A stretch of DNA of 64,000 nt from Bacteroidota bacterium (GTDB taxonomy: Bacteria; Bacteroidota; Bacteroidia; Chitinophagales; Saprospiraceae): positions 1,581-65,580 of the forward strand of contig JAKQLF010000055.1 of assembly GCA_029567325.1 (NCBI GenBank), in the 5' to 3' direction. A program made the translations under genes and the position numbers. Positions 57,986 through 64,000 of the stretch are shown here, piece after piece; position 1 is the stretch's first letter; every line of letters starts with the position of its first letter. The notes under the pieces are model-generated. The model did not search any database and had not been told where the DNA came from. It worked only from the letters and a program-made list of their open reading frames with translations.

Positions 57986-60820
57986 TTAAACAACCAAATT
58001 TATCATTCTCCCAGGCACAACGATGACTTTTTTCACCGGTTGATCCAACCATTTTTTAACGGAAGCCTTCTCAAAAACGAGTTTTTCGATTTCTTGTGGA
58101 GCCATATCTTTGGCTACTTCTAATTCATCTCTTTTTTTACCATTGACACAAATTGGATATACAACTGTGTCTTCAATAAGGTATTTTTCTTCTACTTTGG
58201 GAAAAGAAGCGTGGTGAACACTACCCTCTCCACCCAATTGAAGCCACATCTCTTCTGCAATGAAAGGTGCAAAGGGGGCAATGAGTTTTACCAATTCTAC
58301 AATGACTGCTTTTTTATTACAGTTCATCCTTTTGAGCTCATTGACACAAATCATAAAATTACTGATGGTGGTGTTGAGAGAAAAACGCTCAATATCATCT
58401 GTCACTTTTTTGATCGTGGTGTGTAGGAGCTTTAATTCTTGATCATTGGGAGTCTCCTCAGTAAATTGTAGCGTTCCCTCATTATGGATCAAGTTCCAAA
58501 ACTTTCTTAAAAACTTAGAAACACCATCAATGCCCTTTGTGTCCCATGGCTTTGATTGCTCGATCGGCCCCAAAAACATTTCATACATTCTGAAACAATC
58601 TGCTCCATACTTTTCAACCATGTCATCTGGATTGACCACATTGAAGTACCTTTTAGACATTTTGCCTACTTCTGATTTGGTAAGCAACTTGGCTGAACTT
58701 CCGAAATCATTAGCATGAAATATGCCTTCTTTAGTATGAAATGTTGCATTATGAAATTCTGGGCGCCATGCTATAAATTGTTGAATACCATTGGCATTCA
58801 GATGGCTTTCTGGACTTCCATATTTTGATACAAAATCAACGTGAACCGGAATCTTGGCAAAATCAGCAATAGACTGTGGATCAATGAGGTCTTCTGAATA
58901 AAAGTGACTGTCTCCCGATTCGGATTTTTTCAAATAAATCGATTCAATAACCCCTTGTATCATGCCTTGGTTGACCAGTTTCTTAAATGGCTCTTCAGTT
59001 GGGACTAAATTGAGATCAAACAAAAACTTATGCCAAAACCTGCTATACATCAAATGTCCTACGGCATGTTCTGCACCGCCAATATAAAAATCAACTTCTT
59101 GCCAATAATTCAATGCCTCAGGAGAAGCAAAAGCTTGGTCGTTATTTGCATCCATATACCGTAAAAAGTACCATGAACTACCTGCGAAACCAGGCATTGT
59201 ATCTGTCTCTCTAGACATTCCATCTACCTCTACCCAATCTTCCAACCTTGCAAGTGGTGACTTCCCATCTATGGTTGGTTTGAAATCATCCAATGGGGGT
59301 AAAGTAATTGGAAGTTCAGAAACTGGAACAGTGTGTACATTTCCTTCGGCATCATACAGTATTGGAAAAGGTTCTCCCCAATATCTTTGTCTGCTATAAT
59401 TGGCGTCTCGGAGTTTAAAATTTATTTTCTTGGAACCAACGCCTTGTGTTTCCATCTTTTCAAACATCAACTGAATAGCTGCCGGAACTTCCATGCCATT
59501 TAAAAAATCAGAATTGATGATGATGCCTAATTTGTCATGAAGTGTTGCGCCAGGATAATTGGATTTATCTACGACGTCTACAATGGGAAGATTGTATTTT
59601 TTTGCAAAATTCATGTCCCGCTCGTCATCGCTAGGTACTGCCATGATGGCTCCAGTTCCGTATTCTTTCAAAACATAATCACCAATCCAAATAGGAATAC
59701 GCTCTTGGTTGAATGGATTAATGGCGTATGAACCTGTAAATGCACCATTCATCTCTTTGACTTCCGCCATTCTTTCACGCTCCGATTTGTTTTTGACATA
59801 ATTAATACATGCCTCAATTTCTGCTTTTTGATCAAGAGTTGTCAATAAAGGCACTAAATCATGCTCCGGGGCTATGACCATATACGTTGCTCCAAAAATT
59901 GTATCAGGTCTTGTTGTAAAAATCTCTAGTTGTAGATCTTGGCCATCAATGTCAAAGAACATTTGTGCACCTTCTGACCTGCCAATCCAATTTTGCTGCA
60001 TGGCTTTTAAAGGCTCAGGCCAATCTAGCTTATCTAAATTACTCAGAAGTCTTTCTGCATAGGCAGTTATTCTCAACGACCATTGCATCATCGGTCTCCG
60101 TTCTACAGGAAAACCTCCTCTTTCTGAAACACCATCTTTTACTTCATCATTGGCCAAAACAGTACCAAGTGCTTCACACCAATTTACAAAGCCTACCTTT
60201 CTGTAGGCCAATCTGTAATTCATGAGCACTTCTTCTTTGGCTGTCTGGGTCATTACATTCCATTCATCAGCTGTAAAATATTCGCTTTGTGAAGTAGCAG
60301 CCTGGATTTGCGCATTTCCATCAGCTTCAAATTTGGAAATTAGTGCACTTATTGGCATTGCCTTGTCTAAACCAGTGTCATAATAATGGTCAAACAATTG
60401 CAAAAAGATCCATTGGGTCCATTTATAATAAGATGGGTCACAGGTTTTTACTTGTCGACTCCAATCGTAATTAAAACCTAGATTATCAAGTTGTGCTCTA
60501 TAACGTGCTATATTTTCATCGGTACTGATGGCTGGATGTACCCCTGTTGAGATGGCGTATTGCTCTGCTGGCAAGCCAAAAGCATCGTATCCCATAGGGT
60601 GTAGTACGTTATATCCTTGTTGTTTTTTATATCTTGCAATGATATCAGAAGCTATGTAACCCAGAGGATGGCCAACGTGTAAGCCTGCTCCAGAAGGATA
60701 AGGAAACATATCCAGTACATAAAATTTGGGCTTTGAAGTGTCGTTTTCTACCTTATAAAGTTTGGTTTCTGCCCATAGATTGCGCCATTTTGGTTCAACC
60801 TCTTTGTGATTATAATCCAT
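57986..60820 (-). CDS. leuS: Leucine--tRNA ligase
   Basis: MFPYPSGAGLHVGH, FTTRPDT, SRQRYWGEP, KMSKR. Confidence 0.98.
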   Translation of the reverse strand: MDYNHKEVEPKWRNLWAETKLYKVENDTSKPKFYVLDMFPYPSGAGLHVGHPLGYIASDIIARYKKQQGYNVLHPMGYDAFGLPAEQYAISTGVHPAISTDENIARYRAQLDNLGFNYDWSRQVKTCDPSYYKWTQWIFLQLFDHYYDTGLDKAMPISALISKFEADGNAQIQAATSQSEYFTADEWNVMTQTAKEEVLMNYRLAYRKVGFVNWCEALGTVLANDEVKDGVSERGGFPVERRPMMQWSLRITAYAERLLSNLDKLDWPEPLKAMQQNWIGRSEGAQMFFDIDGQDLQLEIFTTRPDTIFGATYMVIAPEHDLVPLLTTLDQKAEIEACINYVKNKSERERMAEVKEMNGAFTGSYAINPFNQERIPIWIGDYVLKEYGTGAIMAVPSDDERDMNFAKKYNLPIVDVVDKSNYPGATLHDKLGIIINSDFLNGMEVPAAIQLMFEKMETQGVGSKKINFKLRDANYSRQRYWGEPFPILYDAEGNVHTVPVSELPITLPPLDDFKPTIDGKSPLARLEDWVEVDGMSRETDTMPGFAGSSWYFLRYMDANNDQAFASPEALNYWQEVDFYIGGAEHAVGHLMYSRFWHKFLFDLNLVPTEEPFKKLVNQGMIQGVIESIYLKKSESGDSHFYSEDLIDPQSIADFAKIPVHVDFVSKYGSPESHLNANGIQQFIAWRPEFHNATFHTKEGIFHANDFGSSAKLLTKSEVGKMSKRYFNVVNPDDMVEKYGADCFRMYEMFLGPIEQSKPWDTKGIDGVSKFLRKFWNLIHNEGTLQFTEETPNDQELKLLHTTIKKVTDDIERFSLNTTISNFMICVNELKRMNCNKKAVIVELVKLIAPFAPFIAEEMWLQLGGEGSVHHASFPKVEEKYLIEDTVVYPICVNGKKRDELEVAKDMAPQEIEKLVFEKASVKKWLDQPVKKVIVVPGRMINLVV

Positions 60821-60918
60821 GTGATGAAGTTCATTTTTCTAATGAAGGCGCAAAAGTAGTAATAAAGTTGGAAATATTGGTTTGGTTTTGAAGAGAAGAC
60901 CATCTCAACTTAAGTTGC

Positions 60919-60953
60919 AAAAAAAAGAACCGGCTGTTATAGCCAGTTCTTTT
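60919..60953 (-). terminator. Intrinsic terminator after lysC
   Basis: AAAAAAAAGAACCGGCTG-T-TATAGCCAGTTCTTTT. Confidence 0.75.
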
Positions 60954-61017
60954 CGCTTTGATTGATTTGAACTATATATTTTATCGTGCCTTGCTGCCGT
61001 GCAGTTGCTCCTTACTT

Positions 61018-62349
61018 CTAAACGCTTTCTGCGCTAGCAAACAACTGTTCATGCAATGACTTTAGTGCTAAAGCCTTGTATTCACTACTTACTAAAAGGG
61101 AAATATTGTTATTACTTCCACCGTAGCTCACCATTCTTAATGGCACATCAGAAAGTGCACTGAGTATGTGTGTCGGTGTGCCTACCTCTTCGCCCAATTT
61201 ATCGCCCACTATGCAAATGATGGTTTGTCCATGCTCAGTGGATACTTCACCAAATACATTGATTTCTCGCTCTATGTTTTCCAACTGACTGATTTGATCA
61301 ATCGTGAGCGAGACAGATACTTCAGAAGTTGTAATCATATCAATCGGTGTTTGATATTTTTCAAAAACTTCGAAGACTCTTCTCAAAAATCCGTAAGCAT
61401 TGAGCATACGACCAGATCTAATTTTGATAGCAGTTATATTATCCTTGGCTGCAATTGCGGTAATATTCCTTCCACTCGATTTTGCAGAAATTAATGTACC
61501 AGGCGCGTCTGGTTCGAATGTATTTTTTAAACGTACGGGAACGCTATCCATCTCCGCAGGGATCACACATGTTGGATGCAATATTTTAGCACCAAAATAG
61601 GCTAACTCGGCAGCTTCTCTGTAAGAAAGCTCTCTTACAGGTACAGTGCCTTCTACCACCCTTGGATCATTATTATGTAAACCATCAATATCTGTCCAAA
61701 TTTGAATTTCAGGACTATATAACGCGGCTCCAATAATGGTTGCAGTATAATCCGAACCACCTCTCTGCAAATTGTCTATATTCCCATCAGCATTCAAGCA
61801 AATGTAGCCTTGTGTAATGTAGTAGGTAGCTTTGTCAGATTGATCTATGAGCTTATTTAATGCTTTTCTAATTTGTGGTATATCTGGATCACCTTGCTTA
61901 TTGGTTGACATAAACTCCAATGCTGGCAATAAGGTACAACTTCTACCAATTGCATTCATATAAAGAGTGAAAAGTTGGGTTGAAATCAACTCACCTTGAG
62001 CAAGAATTATTTTTTCCTCTTTTTCACCAGGCTGGTCAGCATCAAATAAATCCGCAATGATGCCAAATTGAGTAGAAATTACCTGTTTACCCTGCTCATT
62101 GTATGTTCGATGAGGTAAAAGTTCATCCACAAAAGGATGATATTCATTGATCAATTGAGAAAGTTGTTGTTTTGCACTTTCTAGATTTCCACTTGTAAGT
62201 GCTTGACCAATTGAAACCAATTTGTTGGTTGTACCGGCAACGGCTGATAAAACTACAACTTTGGGATTGCCATCAGAAATGAGATCTGCCACTTGCTCCA
62301 TCCTTTCTGGACTTCCAACTGAAGTACCTCCAAACTTTTGTATAATCAT
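61018..62349 (-). CDS. lysC: Aspartate kinase (monofunctional)
   Basis: KFGGTSVG, RGGSDYTA, WTDIDG, AELAYFGAKILHP; two ACT domains. Confidence 0.95.
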   Translation of the reverse strand: MIIQKFGGTSVGSPERMEQVADLISDGNPKVVVLSAVAGTTNKLVSIGQALTSGNLESAKQQLSQLINEYHPFVDELLPHRTYNEQGKQVISTQFGIIADLFDADQPGEKEEKIILAQGELISTQLFTLYMNAIGRSCTLLPALEFMSTNKQGDPDIPQIRKALNKLIDQSDKATYYITQGYICLNADGNIDNLQRGGSDYTATIIGAALYSPEIQIWTDIDGLHNNDPRVVEGTVPVRELSYREAAELAYFGAKILHPTCVIPAEMDSVPVRLKNTFEPDAPGTLISAKSSGRNITAIAAKDNITAIKIRSGRMLNAYGFLRRVFEVFEKYQTPIDMITTSEVSVSLTIDQISQLENIEREINVFGEVSTEHGQTIICIVGDKLGEEVGTPTHILSALSDVPLRMVSYGGSNNNISLLVSSEYKALALKSLHEQLFASAESV

Positions 62350-62457
62350 CGTGTGTAATAGCTTTTAAGGAGGCAAAATTAAATAATTGAAAAAAAAATC
62401 GGGTATTAACAAGGTTATTTCCACAACATTTCACATTTTGTGTTAAATTTCACTTTT

Positions 62458-63123
62458 ATGCTAAAAGTTTCAGACATTGTTTACGAGTTGGTAAAGAAGA
62501 CTCCATTTATTGCCGAGGCGCTCAAGGAAGGTTTGGTCAATACTTCTGCGCTAGCAAGATTGTACCAGGATGAGGTAGAAGCTAAGCTTGGAAGGAAGGT
62601 AAAACAGGGTTCAATCATCATGGCAATCAATCGAATGAACATGGGCAGTTTGGACTATGAACGCAAACGTTTAATTGCCTTTTTCTCCAAATTGAGGGAC
62701 ATGTTGGTGAGGACAAGTCTTGTCGATTATACATACAAATATTCTGGTAGTGTGGCCGTATCATTGAGAGATCTATTAAGTATGGTATCTCAAAAACAAG
62801 ATGTGTTTTGCACTTATTGTCAAGGAGTTGCAGAGTGCACGATCATAGTCACAGAAAGCATTGCAGAAGAATTGGAAAAGATTTTCAAGAATGAAACACT
62901 CATCAACAAAGAAACCAATCTTGCAGCATTGACCTTATTATTACCCGCAGAAAATAGAGTGCTTTCAGGGATTTATTATTTCATTCTCAAAGAGCTCGCT
63001 TGGCAAGACATCAACGTGGTTGAGGTAATATCTACTTCAAATGAATTTACCATTGTGGTGAATCAAAAAGATTTGGATAGAACTTTCGCAGCAATCAACA
63101 ATTTGAAAGGAGGAAAAGTATAG
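62458..63123 (+). CDS. HTH-like plus ACT-domain protein, putative amino-acid-responsive regulator
   Basis: GLVNTSALAR...GSIIMAINR N-terminus; C-terminal ACT (LAWQDINVVEVISTSNEFTIVV); no kinase motifs. Confidence 0.7.
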   Translation: MLKVSDIVYELVKKTPFIAEALKEGLVNTSALARLYQDEVEAKLGRKVKQGSIIMAINRMNMGSLDYERKRLIAFFSKLRDMLVRTSLVDYTYKYSGSVAVSLRDLLSMVSQKQDVFCTYCQGVAECTIIVTESIAEELEKIFKNETLINKETNLAALTLLLPAENRVLSGIYYFILKELAWQDINVVEVISTSNEFTIVVNQKDLDRTFAAINNLKGGKV

Positions 63124-63207
63124 TTACAATCATTTATGATTGTATTTCTTTTTACCAATTTTCCAAATGGTTTTTAATGTAGATCTGACTTATCTCATTG
63201 TGCCTGT

Positions 63208-63870
63208 CTAAATGGGTTCCCCGTTGATATTCGTTGTCAATACCGCGCTCATATAATCAAAGAAAGGTCTCAAAGCTTCAAAGGTTTTCACCACTTCATC
63301 AGCAAAATTGGGTGATAATAGCGCTTTGTCACTAAATTTTCTACTTGCAACAAAAGACTTTTGTTTGATCAAATGAATGGCTGGCAGTTCTTTATCATAA
63401 CCTCTTGGAGGGTTTTTTAAAGCATCTTCTGTGCTAAGTCCCTCAAAATACTTCACAAACAAAGGATCTTCCAATATCTTCGAAATAGTTTGGTGATCGT
63501 ATGCAAACTCGTCTCTGATTCTTTTGAGATCTTCTGGTTCTGGCTGCCAAAATCCTCCGCCAACAAAAGTATCTCCTCCGGGTTGAATGTGAATGTAATA
63601 CCCTCCCCTTCTCATTTTAGATGCCCGCTCAAAATATGCGGCCATGTTTGTTTTATAAGGAAGTTTATCTTTGGAAAATCTCACATCACGATAAATCCTG
63701 AATACTTTGCTCTTTTCCAGGACGTCTGTTTTATTGAGTTTTGCCTCAATGTTTGCCACCAATTCTTTAAAAGTCTCAAGTGCATTTTGGTATTCGTCTT
63801 TGTGCTCTTCAAACCAAGGTCTGTTATTGTTATCTCTGATGCTTTCTAAAAAAGCAAGTACGTTTTTCAT
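63208..63870 (-). CDS. DUF2461 (TIGR02453) protein
   Basis: NNNRPWF, FRIYRDVRFSKDKLPYK, GYYIHI, GGGFWQP. Confidence 0.92.
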   Translation of the reverse strand: MKNVLAFLESIRDNNNRPWFEEHKDEYQNALETFKELVANIEAKLNKTDVLEKSKVFRIYRDVRFSKDKLPYKTNMAAYFERASKMRRGGYYIHIQPGGDTFVGGGFWQPEPEDLKRIRDEFAYDHQTISKILEDPLFVKYFEGLSTEDALKNPPRGYDKELPAIHLIKQKSFVASRKFSDKALLSPNFADEVVKTFEALRPFFDYMSAVLTTNINGEPI

Positions 63871-63951
63871 TTATGCATGTTTTTTGAAGTTCCGAAGATA
63901 TCAATTTTTTGTTAAGACGTTTATTGAAGTATTGGCAAAAAGAAAAGTGAT

Positions 63952-63986
63952 TGTTGAGTTTTCAGTGATCAGTTATCAGCTTTCAG
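63952..63986 (+). repeat. Heptamer array nnnTCAG, the reverse complement of the CTGAnnn family
   Basis: TGTTGAG TTTTCAG TGATCAG TTATCAG CTTTCAG. Confidence 0.8.
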
Positions 63987-64000
63987 CATTAAAAGGGGAT

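Noticed and set aside
58650..58670. LeuRS KMSKR instead of KMSKS
   Set aside because: The catalytic Lys is retained; an ordinary variant.

Overview
This is an AT-rich Bacteroidota chromosome segment, probably Saprospiraceae/Chitinophagia-like (inferred from T9SS/gliding genes, bshC and TAnnTTTG promoters). Most of it is housekeeping and envelope genes: a PorP/SprF-OmpA-T9SS substrate cassette, folC, lysS, an rlmL-like methyltransferase, nupC, metX, bshC, rplM-rpsI-rpsB-tsf-pyrH, era, mrp, tsaB, gldKLMN, leuS and lysC. There are two riboswitches: cobalamin, upstream of a T9SS-secreted DUF4465 protein, and SAM-I, upstream of metX. Two AT-rich accessory loci stand out. (i) A satD-DUF3307 pair (cyclase-like/HTH protein plus membrane protein) sits behind five 29-bp repeats, each a 20-bp palindrome, four of them overlapping a promoter motif. 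(ii) A coupled three-gene island at 38.5-40.8 kb (TIGR04255-like, OB-like, ComEC-type MBL hydrolase) looks like an uncharacterised defence system. Several degenerate 7-11 bp intergenic tandem arrays, a GTAG-type REP and a truncated deacetylase pseudogene suggest footprints of mobile DNA. I saw no CRISPR array, tRNA, rRNA, transposase or integrase. All family calls come from motif recognition by eye; no searches were run.
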